A DNA stretch of 64,000 bases from an uncultured Methanoregulaceae archaeon (lineage in GTDB: Archaea > Halobacteriota > Methanomicrobia > Methanomicrobiales > Methanospirillaceae): assembly GCA_963737635.1 (NCBI GenBank), contig CAVTTL010000001.1, forward strand, positions 2,362,822-2,426,821. The letters run 5' to 3'. Shown in pieces: positions 1 to 10,854 of this stretch. Under the pieces are notes generated by a model. The model searched no databases. It was not told the origin of the DNA and saw only the letters and a list, made by a program, of their open reading frames with translations. Position 1 is the first letter of the stretch, and the number at the start of each line of letters is the position of its first letter. Both the position numbers and the translations under genes were made by a program.

Positions 1-74
1 TCGAGACGGATACGCCCTAAAGTCTGGTCATCAAACGGCCTACAGAGGCAGCAGACATCCATGTAGATTTTCAT
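1..74 (-). CDS. PIN-domain protein, 5' part (runs off window start)
   Basis: Hand translation from ATG at 74: MKIYMDVCCLCRPFDDQTLGRIRLE, resembling the YxDxCCxxRPFDDQ N-terminus of a PIN family. Confidence 0.5.
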   Translation of the reverse strand, partial: MKIYMDVCCLCRPFDDQTLGRIRL

Positions 75-267
75 TTCCCGCTCCCAGATTCTCCATAACC
101 TTCGATCTTACTTTCCTTCGATGCGATAAAAAACGATAGGGAAAACAAAGCATTTTTTACAATTCGTAATGTGAATATCGTCATATTGAAAAATTCATTG
201 TTCCCTTTTCTGCCGGATTACTGGTTTTGCAATTCGTAGCGAAAATATGATTTATGGGGTCATCGAT

Positions 268-816
268 TCACTGTCCATTATTGCCGGGCGTAGCACTCAT
301 TACTGGCCCGTTCCCATTTCCGGGTGCACTCATCGTTACCGGCCCGGCCAATCCCAATGCTTCCACCAGCTGTTGTGTCGTCACGCCTAACTGGGTGGCT
401 GCTGCGTTAAAGTTCACCGGGCCATTGGAAATCGCGTTTGCGTTCAAAGCGTTCTCAAGATCCTGTTCGGAGACGCCCAGTTTTCCCGCCGCTTCTGTAA
501 GGAGTGTTTTATTCGAAAGGAAGGAAAGGAATGCCTGGCCATTGCCTGTCGACCGGATAGTCCCCGGTCCGGAACCAACCACTTGACCATTCGTCCCGGG
601 ACTTCCATTCACCATTTTCTGGACCGATGCAGCTCCGGGAGAGGGTTGTCCGGAGATGCTGCTGGTCGGGCTTCCGGTGACGATCGGCGGTGACGAAGGT
701 GTTGCGAGAAGATTGTCCTGTCCGGGACTGCTGCCAGAGTTCTGAACGCATCCGGTCATGACGATCAGAACAATAAGGAGTGCTGGCAGGGCCAGCGCTA
801 TGGTCAGTTTTTTCAT
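268..816 (-). CDS. Secreted lipoprotein with one helical AAxKLGVSEQxLxxALN...AAAxQLGVTxQQLxxALG repeat unit
   Basis: Signal peptide with lipobox-like VMTGC; Ser/Pro/Gly linker; repeat shared with the adjacent ORF. Confidence 0.7.
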   Translation of the reverse strand: MKKLTIALALPALLIVLIVMTGCVQNSGSSPGQDNLLATPSSPPIVTGSPTSSISGQPSPGAASVQKMVNGSPGTNGQVVGSGPGTIRSTGNGQAFLSFLSNKTLLTEAAGKLGVSEQDLENALNANAISNGPVNFNAAATQLGVTTQQLVEALGLAGPVTMSAPGNGNGPVMSATPGNNGQ

Positions 817-894
817 CCTGCCGTCTCCATTGTTAAAAAAAGATGAATTCATTTCTGGTGATCTCCTGGCTTCATTCCTGCCCTTCACCGGCAT

Positions 895-1890
895 CTATTG
901 TCCGGAAGAACGCATGACCACGAGTGCGACGCCATTAGACCCCGCAGTTCCACACGAGAGGGTTTTCGTGATAGTTTCAGGTGAAGGTAATCCCAGTGCA
1001 TCTGCTAACTGCTGTTGGGTGATGCCAAGCTGCTGGGCGGCGGCATTCAGGTCCACCGGTTTATCTGCCGTAGCGTTGAGGGCATTCGCGAGGGTCCGTT
1101 CGGAAACCCCCAGTTTTTCCGCTGCGTTTGTCAGTACGGTGACATTTGAAATATCAACAAAGATCCCGGTCTTTCCTGAGGTAACCGTTACCGGTGTGGG
1201 AAATCCCAGTGCATCCATCAGCTGTTGCGGGGTTACTCCCAGCTGATTGGCGGCGCCGATAAAGTTCACCGGACTATCCGGTGTCGCGTTAAGCGCCTGT
1301 GCAAGAGTCTGTTCAGGGACGCCCAGTTTTCCCGCCGCTTCCGTTAAGAGGGTGACATTCGAAAGGAATGATCCAAATCCCGTCCGGAAAAGGGAATCCG
1401 CCGGGACTGCTTGTGTAACGAAAACTCCGGTTTTTCCCGAGGATGCGTTTATGGCGAATTTTGTCGGGAGTGCGGGTAATCCGAGAGCATCCATCAACTG
1501 CTGCGGGGTAACACCAAGTTGTCCGGCTGCGGCATTCAGGTTCACCGGCTCATTGGTGGTCACATTTAGCGCGTCTGCAAGTGCCTGCTCGGTGACACCG
1601 AGTTTTTCTGCTGCCTGAGTCAGCATAGTGGCGTTATCCGAAACCGCGACAAACGCTTGACCGTTAACGGGCGAAATGGCTACAACCTCAGCGTTCGTGA
1701 TTGCGCTCCCGTTTAAACTAAGTGATCCTTGGGTAGCGATTGCATAGCCACTTACCGGACCAAAGCACGTACCGTTGATCTGGACCTGAGTTACTGTCGT
1801 TGCCCCGACAGCACCAATACTCAGTCCCATTACTGCAACGATAATGCAAAGACCGGTAAGGAGCCTGGTAAATCTCATCTCTTTTTTCAT
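895..1890 (-). CDS. Secreted protein with three tandem ~55-aa helical repeat units
   Basis: GGAGG upstream of ATG 1890; signal peptide; three copies of LTxAAxKLGVxExxLAxALNxT...PVxxxxAAxQLGxTxQQLxDALG. Confidence 0.75.
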   Translation of the reverse strand: MKKEMRFTRLLTGLCIIVAVMGLSIGAVGATTVTQVQINGTCFGPVSGYAIATQGSLSLNGSAITNAEVVAISPVNGQAFVAVSDNATMLTQAAEKLGVTEQALADALNVTTNEPVNLNAAAGQLGVTPQQLMDALGLPALPTKFAINASSGKTGVFVTQAVPADSLFRTGFGSFLSNVTLLTEAAGKLGVPEQTLAQALNATPDSPVNFIGAANQLGVTPQQLMDALGFPTPVTVTSGKTGIFVDISNVTVLTNAAEKLGVSERTLANALNATADKPVDLNAAAQQLGITQQQLADALGLPSPETITKTLSCGTAGSNGVALVVMRSSGQ

Positions 1891-2183
1891 GATCTCCTCC
1901 TTTTTTTTGAAACAACCGTCCCTTTGGGACTGCTTGTGCGGAATTATATTTCCGCATTTCACTGTATTGATGGCTCATTCAAAAGGAACTCTGGCACATT
2001 TCTTAACCTCTCCGACGATAAGAAAACGTCTGTGCCGGATAACATATATACTGTATAATTCCCTCTTGGGAATTTCATCTCTTTTTTCGCGTGCAACCAG
2101 CCCCCTGCCGCACAACCATTCCTCCCGATGAGTAGAGACTTGTGTCAGATATCTTATTTATCGCGTCTACCGAATAGTGTATC

Positions 2184-3162
2184 ATGCGTTATCGGATAGC
2201 AGCTGGCCTTGTATGCCTTCTTCTGGCGCTCTGTATCCCCCTCGTGTCAGCAGCCCCGGTATCCGATATTCTTTATCCCGCTGTACCTGCGGGAACCGTC
2301 AATGCAACGCTCGCTTCAGCAGATCTGAATGGTAATCCGGGAAATGCCGGGTTTGTCACCGGTCTGGCATTACGTGCCGGCCTGAACGCGAATGCAGTAT
2401 TTGCCCAGTCCGGATCGGCTGCGATCGTTTTCCAGGCTCAGGGGAATACGTCCCTGCCGGTTACCGCACTTGAGACAGCGACACTTGATTCAACGGCTAT
2501 AGCGGCGCATTCCGGGCTTTTTGTCTGGACTTCCGGAAGCAATGCCGGCCTCTCCACCGAACCGGCGTTACTTCCTGCTCATGTTGTCGTCGTCAGAAGC
2601 GAAAAAGTCGTCTCCTATGATGGCCCGCCCGGAACCGGAATAACCGTTGGGGCGGTGACGACGGTTTCAGAAAACCCCGGAGTACAGGTACTATTTCCTC
2701 GGGAATGTCAGCGAGATTTCTACGGTCACCACCACACACGCGAAGGTTATTGTCTTAGGCACCAATGCAGTCCCGGCGGTTGTTTCTCCATCGGCCAATG
2801 CAATCTATTTCGCACGAGGTATTTCTGTTGCTACTCCGGGCCAGTCTCTGCTGATGAACAATGAACAATTTGACATCGATCCATCATCGGTGAGATATTA
2901 CGAGGATTCAGTTCCTGCGGGTAAACAACATGAATGGGTCGACCTCAATTGGACGGCACCGGATAAAAATCTGGAGCTTACGATTTATGCGCCGGATGCC
3001 ACGCTTGGCCCCTTTAACGATTCTTCAGACGGAAGGAACGATGGCAGGATTTTCCTCGATGTAGCAAGCATGGCAAACATCACTGCCGGGAACTGGTTCT
3101 TCAAAGTGCAGAACGATGACGGTGATACCGTTGATTACACGCTGAACACGTATTCGGCCTGA
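2184..3162 (+). CDS. Secreted protein with C-terminal pre-peptidase (PPC-like) domain; split by apparent frameshift(s)
   Basis: Signal peptide in 2184-2864; 2854-3162 encodes VDLNW...LELTIYAPDATLGPFNDSSDGRNDGRI typical of methanogen peptidase-domain proteins. Confidence 0.55.
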
Positions 3163-3168
3163 GGGTAT

Positions 3169-3903
3169 ATGGGACGACCTTTTCTTATTTTGGGTATTGC
3201 GCTTCTCCTGGTTATGGTATGTACTGCCGGGGTGTCTGCCCAGGAATATACGGTCCGGTCAGGATACCAGAACCCGCCTCCCCCGGATGCAGTTCCCCGG
3301 ACTCCGGCACCGGTCGGCTTCTTCGATCTTCCCGTATGGGTCATTCTTGCCCAGCTGGCACTCCTCCCGCCGGAATTCTTCCTTTCGATAAAACTCTGGG
3401 CATTCCTCGGGTTCCGGAGGGTGTCCGGGGAAAACGTGCTCGAACAGGGCGTTCGTGCACAAATCTACGAATATATCCGGCAGAACCCGGGTATTCATCT
3501 GAGAGGGCTTGCAGAAGAGATGGGTATCAGTATGGGTACGCTTCGTTATCACCTCAACATTCTCCGGGATACTCATAAGATCACGCTCAATGAAGGTGTG
3601 GCGTCGGTCAGGTTTTATGAAAATAACGGATCGTATACACCGGCCGAACAGCACATTCTCAAACACCTCCGGAACGAAACCACGAAAAAGATCCTTACGA
3701 TCCTGATGAATTCGCCGTCATCTACACGAGCAGAGATTGCGCAGGAAATCGGGGTGACCGGGCCGTCTATAACCTGGCATATGAAAAGACTAGAGGACGA
3801 TGAGATATTAGTCACTCACCGGGAGGGACGAAAAATATCCTACGAGATCCTTCCTCACATTGCGAGTTATCTTTCACGAAGGTTCGCCTCAGTGGATGTA
3901 TAA
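3169..3903 (+). CDS. Membrane-anchored tandem winged-helix transcriptional regulator (ArsR-like, COG3398-type)
   Basis: Signal peptide, TM segment, then RAQIYEYIRQNPGIHLRGLAEEMGISMGTLRYHL and a second HTH EIAQEIGVTGPSITWHMKRL. Confidence 0.8.
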   Translation: MGRPFLILGIALLLVMVCTAGVSAQEYTVRSGYQNPPPPDAVPRTPAPVGFFDLPVWVILAQLALLPPEFFLSIKLWAFLGFRRVSGENVLEQGVRAQIYEYIRQNPGIHLRGLAEEMGISMGTLRYHLNILRDTHKITLNEGVASVRFYENNGSYTPAEQHILKHLRNETTKKILTILMNSPSSTRAEIAQEIGVTGPSITWHMKRLEDDEILVTHREGRKISYEILPHIASYLSRRFASVDV

Positions 3904-4148
3904 AGCCGGTTGTGTACGAAAACGATATTGTTGTTTAATCCGTCAATGTTGACTACTGTAAATGTCCCGACATGCACTGGAACCCGCCTAATCTCTCCCC
4001 TCCGTTTTCCGGCGTGAGACCCAGGCACCCGGCGGCAACGAGAAAAAGAAGGGCAATGGTGAAGAAAAGAGACGGGATTTTCATCAAAAGAGGGGAGTAT
4101 TTTGGGAGGGATAAAGATGCTGGATGCAAGCCCGAAAAGAGAGAACGC

Positions 4149-4799
4149 CTAACTGACAACAACAGTCCAGTTATGCGTCTCGAGAATGCGTGGTTCAGGT
4201 TGTATATACCGTTGAAGAGTTGCGTTTATTGTCTGTATTCCGGTATTGGTCATAGTGACATTCCACCGGTCCACACCATGCCCCGTATACCCCCCATTCA
4301 CTACTGACGATGGCACGTCTGTAACGTCGATGAGCGTCCCGTTCAGAGCATACCAATAATACGTCATACCCTCATCGGTTATCTGGAGACCGGGACTTGC
4401 GTTTATGATCCACTGGTCTCCCAGCAGGGAGTAATCACCCAGTTCGAGGGTGAGATTGCTGTCCAGTTTTGCATAGATCGTCGCATCGTTCCACGTTTCA
4501 TTGATCGTCATATTTTGTCCCGGTACTACCAATGCCGAATAATTGACTGGTCCAATATCCACGGTGGGAGTTGGCTTAACCGGCAAATTCTGTCCCGGCA
4601 CTGACGATGTCAAACTGTGTATTGATGCATTGTTCACGTTGGGAGTTTGCTCAGTCACCGTAGTTTGTCCCGGTACCGGTGCATTGCCCGCGTTGGGGTT
4701 TTGCCCGCTGGACCCAAGGCAGCCGACCGATAACACAACCATGAGGATGACCGCCCCGACTATGACCATGCCTGATTTTTGTGGAATCATGTTTACCAT
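4149..4799 (-). CDS. Lipoprotein with chagasin/I42 protease-inhibitor-like domain
   Basis: Lipobox VGC; domain pattern TINETWN..TIYAKLDSNLTLEL...GDQWIINASPGLQI...W.VTM...GIQTINAT. Confidence 0.6.
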   Translation of the reverse strand: MVNMIPQKSGMVIVGAVILMVVLSVGCLGSSGQNPNAGNAPVPGQTTVTEQTPNVNNASIHSLTSSVPGQNLPVKPTPTVDIGPVNYSALVVPGQNMTINETWNDATIYAKLDSNLTLELGDYSLLGDQWIINASPGLQITDEGMTYYWYALNGTLIDVTDVPSSVVNGGYTGHGVDRWNVTMTNTGIQTINATLQRYIQPEPRILETHNWTVVVS

Positions 4800-4815
4800 T
4801 CTCGACACTATGTCT

Positions 4816-5417
4816 CTAACTGACCACAAAGGTCCAGTTAAGTGTCTCTAGATTGCGGGGTTCAGGAGTAGGATAAAACTGGAGCGTGGCGGTTATCGTT
4901 TGTAGGCCAGTCTGTATCATGGTGACACGCCACCGATCTACACCATGCCCCATTCCCGACCCCATATACGTCACATTCATGCCTGGCCTGTTTGTGATAT
5001 CGATGAGCGTCCCGTTCTGAGCATACCAATAATACGTCATGCCCTCATCGGAAATCTGGATACCAGGACTCGCATTCATGATCCACTGATCTCCAGCCAG
5101 GGACCCGTCAGTCAATTCGAGGGTGAGAGAGCTGTTCAGTTTCGCGCAGATCTCGGTATTGTTCTGCGTTTCATTGATCGTCACATTCTTTCCCGGTACT
5201 AATGTTACCGGACAGGTACCGGAACCTGAGCCACGGTTGCTTTTTGCTGAATCGTCGCTGTTTGCGCTGGCACCGGCGATGGCGAAGGCCGTACCGACAC
5301 ATTATTCACGGTTGGCTTTTGCCCGGTGGACCCAAGGCAGCCGGCTACGAGAACAACCATGAGAAGGATCGCCCCGACCACTACTAATCCTGATTTTTGT
5401 GTAATCGCAATCACCAC
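4816..5417 (-). CDS. Paralogous chagasin/I42-like lipoprotein, frameshifted near 5205
   Basis: 5205-5417 gives the same signal peptide (QKSGLVVVGAILLMVVLVAGC); 4816-5184 is highly similar to the neighbouring paralogue. Confidence 0.6.
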
Positions 5418-6001
5418 TTTCTCCTGCGAAAGGATCTCATGATCGCCATCGCTGCAAGTACTGCGATCGGCAATGCCAAGGGTAAGGGTGAAGATTGAGT
5501 TATCGTTGGGTTTGTTTGAATCGGGGACTGAATGTGAGGAGATGTCGGAGGCACACCCGTTTGAACCGGGGTTTGTGTCACGTTTGGTGCCGGAAGGACA
5601 GTAATATCCTGAGCTGCATAAACAGAGTCGCTAGTATCTCGAACGCTTACGAGGTAGGGTGACCATTCTGTAGGCAGCCCACTCACACTGATATCCGTCG
5701 CATTCACGGACCACCGGTTTTTCCCCGACGGCGTCGACACTATGGAAATATTAGTCCACCTATGGTATACATACTCTGGAGGGCCAAAGGGTCCGGGAAC
5801 ATAATAATCGGGGGAAACTAGTACGGTAAGAGTATCATTCACTGGCAGGTTTGTCGTCCCATTAATATAGAGCATATTACCGAGGGTATAGTTCCCTATG
5901 GGATCGATCGTGACGAATGGTGCCTGTGACGATCCCGCGTTTGCTACTGGTACGCCAGCTAGAATTGCCAAGAATATGATACCTATAAGGAATTTCTTCA
6001 T
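5411..6001 (-). CDS. Secreted Ig-like cell-surface protein with C-terminal sorting-type signal
   Basis: PFVTIDPIG...INGTTNLP domain common in Methanomicrobiales surface proteins; C-terminus SPLP + TM + RRRKW. Confidence 0.7.
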   Translation of the reverse strand: MKKFLIGIIFLAILAGVPVANAGSSQAPFVTIDPIGNYTLGNMLYINGTTNLPVNDTLTVLVSPDYYVPGPFGPPEYVYHRWTNISIVSTPSGKNRWSVNATDISVSGLPTEWSPYLVSVRDTSDSVYAAQDITVLPAPNVTQTPVQTGVPPTSPHIQSPIQTNPTITQSSPLPLALPIAVLAAMAIMRSFRRRKW

Positions 6002-6070
6002 GGTTATGTCGTGATTCTCTTTTGTTATTTAAGTCCCTATCTTTTTCTAAAATAAAAAGGGGTTTGAGGG

Positions 6071-7588
6071 TTACGAAACGACAATGTAATTGGGCTGATT
6101 GTCAAATGTAACTCCCCCCGGTCCGACCACCGTCAGGTTGACCGTATAGGATCCCGATGACGTGTAATAATGGGCCGGGTTTTGGTTTGTCGAGTATGAA
6201 CCATCACCGAACGACCAGTTCCAGAGGAATGGCGAACCGGTGGATTGATCCTGGAATACGACGTAATCTGTGCCACTTCCTGTTCGGGGGCTGCCCGTAA
6301 AACTAGCTACTGGCGGATTGATCCGGTTGGGGTTGTTCAATAACGCAATGGTCGATGGCCATTGGTTATAAACTGACAGGTTCCGGTAGTCAGCAAAGTT
6401 GTTGGAGTTTTGCCAAAGTGAGTTTACAAAACTCGTCATCGATGTCTGCGAAAGGAGCGAGTTTCCACTAGAATCTTTTAAGATGAAATTGGAAAATGTC
6501 ACCGGCCCCGGCAAATAGTCCGAGGTCGATTGAAACCCAGAACCGTACTCATATCCTTCCAGCACAATTTGTGCATAGGTAGGCTGACTCTGCCATTCGG
6601 GATCATACCCCGGCTTTGTCAGGGATAATTCGGATACCATCCCCGTATTGGTATCATCTGCATATCCGGTAACTACATTCCCTGATACCTGGATATTCCC
6701 ATAGATCAAATCATTCTTCGCTATCTGGGATCCCACCGCCGTAGCATAGAGGAAATCGTTATTAGAGGGCGTTGAATTCGACCAGACATACCATGTTTGC
6801 AAATACCATTGATTAGCTGATCGATACAACTGGTTATTCGCGGTGTTCCACTGAAGAACTGGTTGGATTAATGCTGTATTTACATCTCCGCTGCAATAAG
6901 AGAGACCATTCCAGATAGTGACCGGATAATCATTGTTCTGATTCGGTTGTTGAGGAACATTCCAATCTGCTTGGAATGTATATCCGCCCGATGACGAACT
7001 TAATGGTGCTTCGGTTCCTTCAATCCACTGGTAATAATAGGGAGCTCCATAGCATACAACGCTTGAACTCGGGATATATTGTTTGTTGGAATTCGCATTA
7101 ATAATGGTCAGAACTCGGGTATTGTTATTCACAACGGTAAGTGTGTCCCCTCCATCAACGATAACAGAAGCATTAGGGACTTCATGAACAAACGTTGCCA
7201 GTGAATCTCCATGAATGGTATGCACGATTTTAGCCTGTGCATCGTCCGCCGTGAGCACCTGATTCCCATTCTGGTCGAAGACGGTCGTTATGTTATTCGC
7301 ATGACGGATGATGGCACCGTAAGGGATACTTACTTCCGCTGTGATTTGAGGAGTAGCGGTCTTCGCTGTTTGGATCGTTTTTCCCGGGCTTAATTCGCCG
7401 GTCACTACCACGGCTTGCTGGGATGCGTTGACCTGCAGTTGTGGCAGCGGGACGGCACTTATCGCCCTCGCAGAATCGGCACTAGTTATTATTCCTCCGG
7501 ACGCGTTCACCATCGGTACTATCACCATCGCCGCCAGCAGGAATGCAAGCAGGATGATGCCAATTTTCACTGTTTTCATGTATTTCAT
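6071..7588 (-). CDS. Secreted protein with putative glutamic (G1-like) peptidase domain and C-terminal PKD domain
   Basis: GGAGG RBS; signal peptide; WNVP, IWNGL, LIQPVLQW and IVLEG motifs; PKD motif WNWSFGDG...NPAHYY...YTVNLTV. Confidence 0.65.
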   Translation of the reverse strand: MKYMKTVKIGIILLAFLLAAMVIVPMVNASGGIITSADSARAISAVPLPQLQVNASQQAVVVTGELSPGKTIQTAKTATPQITAEVSIPYGAIIRHANNITTVFDQNGNQVLTADDAQAKIVHTIHGDSLATFVHEVPNASVIVDGGDTLTVVNNNTRVLTIINANSNKQYIPSSSVVCYGAPYYYQWIEGTEAPLSSSSGGYTFQADWNVPQQPNQNNDYPVTIWNGLSYCSGDVNTALIQPVLQWNTANNQLYRSANQWYLQTWYVWSNSTPSNNDFLYATAVGSQIAKNDLIYGNIQVSGNVVTGYADDTNTGMVSELSLTKPGYDPEWQSQPTYAQIVLEGYEYGSGFQSTSDYLPGPVTFSNFILKDSSGNSLLSQTSMTSFVNSLWQNSNNFADYRNLSVYNQWPSTIALLNNPNRINPPVASFTGSPRTGSGTDYVVFQDQSTGSPFLWNWSFGDGSYSTNQNPAHYYTSSGSYTVNLTVVGPGGVTFDNQPNYIVVS

Positions 7589-8265
7589 TCCTCCTTTTTT
7601 TGATACGCTCCGCTCGCCGGGCATGGGAATCACATAAGCCTGCATCTTCACGCCATCGAGTGTTTCGGGGCCCTGAAGATCATAAGACGGGAATTCTCAT
7701 CAGAGACCCTGATGGAATACCACGAGAGTATTCGCAGAGGTATCTTTCGAATTTCCCTTCTTATGTTTTCTCTCCGAAGATCCCAACTGGCAGTTGCAGT
7801 CTCTGGACAGGGAATTTCAACTCTGGTAGTATCCCCACAAGAAGGATGCTGCAACGTCGTATATACCAATTCTGGTACAATCCTCTACCGGTTGCAGTAC
7901 ATTGTTCGTATAGATGTGATATGATGAAGGACTCTATGGGTTAAACTGAGGGCGTCAACTTCGAGAGCGCCGGTGCTAGATGAGGAGATGACGAAGCTGT
8001 GCAGTAACCGAGAAGAGGGATCTCCGGCATCAGTACTTCTCTGTTTTTTTGATTGTCTTCTCCTGAGAAGAGTGAAAAAGAAGTGATAACGCTCCTGCAT
8101 GGGACAACCAGTTAGCTTCTATTGAGTGGTTCACCTTTTTTCCCGCACACGGAGGGCCACGTAAAAGTCCATTTTGATAACTGCGCTCACTTTTGCATAT
8201 TAAAATGGTGAAGTCTCATTCGAGGCGTTAACGTTTTATTGGCAAGCGGGTAACGAAAGGGGAGT

Positions 8266-8857
8266 ATGACGTTCACGCAAAAGAAGATCTATTATTTTGA
8301 AAAGGGAGGGGAGGCTAACACAGTCTGATGCAGCACGATTTGCGGTCGAGAGGGCACGGGAACTTGAACTGAAAACCATCGTTGTCGCGAGCAGTTCCGG
8401 AAATACTGCTGAGACGTTCTTCAACGCGATCAAGGGATCAGGACTTGAGCCTGTCGTTGTCACACATGTTTTCGGTTTCTCAAAACCGGGCGAGTGGGAT
8501 TTCCCAGAAGATGTCGCCCGCAGGTTGCGAAACGAGGGTGCGAAAATCGTTGCCGGGACTCTCACGCTTTCGGGTCTGGAGCGGGCTCTGTCACGGTCTC
8601 CCCGGATTGGTGGTGGTTCACGAACTGAAGCAATTGCAGAAGCTCTCCGGAGTGTGGTTGCTGCCGGACTCAAAGTTGCCGTAGAATGCGTGCTTATCGC
8701 TGCGGACCAGGGAGCAATCGCTGTCGATCAGGAAGTCATCGCTGTCGGTGGAACCAAAATCGGTGCCGATACGGTTTGTGTCGTCAGACCTGCCAACACT
8801 GCGAACTTTTTTGATCTGCAGGTTAGAGAGATAGTAGCGATGCCGAGGGTCCGGTAA
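8266..8857 (+). CDS. Pyruvate kinase C-terminal (PK_C)-like domain protein; frameshift near 5' end
   Basis: MTFTQKKIYYFEK start, IVVASSSGNTA, GLKVAVECVLIAADQG, IAVGGT...GADT. Confidence 0.8.
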
Positions 8858-8866
8858 CGATGGCAG

Positions 8867-8959
8867 GATTCTGATGCGTTGTCGTGACTTTTCACGTACT
8901 GACCAGTTCACTATTACGAGGGAGTCATTTTCATCAGGTCCCGATAACGCAACAGAACA
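8867..8959. repeat. 93-bp miniature element with 22-bp imperfect inverted ends (IS6-like end family)
   Basis: TTCTGATGCGTTGTCGTGACTT versus reverse complement of right end TTCTGTTGCGTTATCGGGACCT (18/22). Confidence 0.7.
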
Positions 8960-9009
8960 TAATAGTGAACCAAAAGGAAACGATGATCGGGTTGGGGGAA
9001 AATAAATTT

Positions 9010-9648
9010 TTAGCACTGATGTGTATACGAATCAGTTACTACATTCCTAATTCGTTTGGTAATTGCGCCACAAATTTCGCATTTATAAAGATCTTCCACA
9101 GTGTCAATCGTTATAACCTTAACATAATGCCTAATTTCATAATGCCGTACGACATTGCTCGACGTTGCTACTGTTCTTGAACCCCCATTGACGTAATGAT
9201 ATCTGCTTTCCGATTCGCCTTCGGATTCTCCAACTAGTATTCTCCGAGTGAAATATCGCTTTTCTTGTCTTGTGTTAATGGTTTTCGAATTAAAAAATTT
9301 AATCGAAAAGAAATTCCTGCACTTTTTACAGCGAATGGTAGAGACTAAATATACTAACGCTATTTCAACTGCAAAAAAACTGAATACAGAGAGTGTTAAA
9401 TTATTTGAATTTAAAAATACGAATATACCTGCAAATACTCCAAGAATCAAAACTACGAGAATCCATTTTTCATCATTATTGTAATACAAAATATCGGCAA
9501 TTTTTAAGCAGCCGGATTTTATTGCGTTATAAAGTTCTGATAAAAGAGGTCGAATGCTAACAGGTTGATTTTTGTTATTGGCAGGAGTTTTAGAATCTTC
9601 ATCATCAGGCTCAAAGATATAATTATAGAATGAATCCCATAGTCCCAT
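9010..9648 (-). CDS. Hypothetical membrane protein with CxxC...CxxC zinc ribbon
   Basis: Two TM segments, CKKC and CEIC; AT-rich. Confidence 0.6.
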   Translation of the reverse strand: MGLWDSFYNYIFEPDDEDSKTPANNKNQPVSIRPLLSELYNAIKSGCLKIADILYYNNDEKWILVVLILGVFAGIFVFLNSNNLTLSVFSFFAVEIALVYLVSTIRCKKCRNFFSIKFFNSKTINTRQEKRYFTRRILVGESEGESESRYHYVNGGSRTVATSSNVVRHYEIRHYVKVITIDTVEDLYKCEICGAITKRIRNVVTDSYTHQC

Positions 9649-9859
9649 ATTTAGGAATAATTTTTTCCCGGCAAGATATACTTTATTATTTGATTTTTGT
9701 ATAGAGACTAATGTTTAATATATACTCAAATGTAGACTATGATTCCTTGAAAATACGTTTCGTAAAAAGTTCCGCCACCACCAGAACCTTTTCTATAGAG
9801 TCAATGCATAAGTGTTTTAACAAATTAGCATAAATTTTCTTGTTGGAAGGGAATAGATC

Positions 9860-10750
9860 TTGAAATTTTCTGACAATGAAAAATGGGTAATAGGTATAAT
9901 TGTGGGGGTTATAGGTATAATCTTTACAATAATTTTGTCCCCATTTTTTAGCGCTGTTCTCGGTTCAGCCAACCCGGAATCTACGCTATCCAATACTCAT
10001 ATTACACCATCCAATACTCCTCAGATTTCTATAGAAGACTGGATAAATCAAGGTTATAATCTTTATAATTCATCTAAATATACAGATGCACTTAATGCGT
10101 TTAACCGGGCACTAACAATTGACCCAAATAATACAATTGCCTTGGACGGGGAGGGGAATACCCTTAATAAATTGGGCCAATTTCAGAATGCTACTGAAGC
10201 CTATTCTAAGGCGCTAAGTATTAACCCGCAAGATATAGCAGCCTTGGACGGCGAAGGGGATGCCGAAGAAAATGCCGCTGCAAATCTAGGTTATTATTAC
10301 GATATCGATCCTCGATATACCTATTATGACTATACTAATTATTATGGTATTTATGATTTTGGTGATGAATTCAATAATCCAGCTCTCGATGCCTATAATC
10401 AAGCGTTAAGTATTAACTCCTTCGATGCAGATGCATTAAATGGCCTTGGAAAAGATCTTTTACATTGGGAAAAATATAACGCTGCCATCGGAGAGGAAAA
10501 TAACGTTCTCTCAATTAACCCCCAAGATGCAAATGCTTTAGAAATTAAGGGAGATGCCTTTTACATGATGGGTATGTATCCAAAAGCTCTTGATGCAGAA
10601 AACCAATCCCTCTCAATAAACCCCCAAAATTCAAACGCTTGGAAAATTAAAGGAGATGTCCTCTCTATATTGGGCAGAAACGCGGATGCCCGCAATGCCT
10701 ATAACCAAGCAGTCTCTATTAACCCAAATTCAAACTACTTTGAATGGTAG
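9860..10750 (+). CDS. Membrane-anchored TPR repeat protein
   Basis: N-terminal TM; repeated AL(S/T)I(N/D)P...A...G TPR motifs. Confidence 0.8.
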   Translation: MKFSDNEKWVIGIIVGVIGIIFTIILSPFFSAVLGSANPESTLSNTHITPSNTPQISIEDWINQGYNLYNSSKYTDALNAFNRALTIDPNNTIALDGEGNTLNKLGQFQNATEAYSKALSINPQDIAALDGEGDAEENAAANLGYYYDIDPRYTYYDYTNYYGIYDFGDEFNNPALDAYNQALSINSFDADALNGLGKDLLHWEKYNAAIGEENNVLSINPQDANALEIKGDAFYMMGMYPKALDAENQSLSINPQNSNAWKIKGDVLSILGRNADARNAYNQAVSINPNSNYFEW

Positions 10751-10854
10751 AATATTTGAGGATCTCTGTCACGTTTGGACTCTTAGATAGTCAATATTGC
10801 TGAGTCACGACGATATCATTTCCGTTAACTCCCGTGAACGCAACAGAACCGATA

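Noticed and set aside
7648-7869. 73-aa ORF upstream of the PKD gene
   Set aside because: No recognisable motif; may be a decayed small gene.
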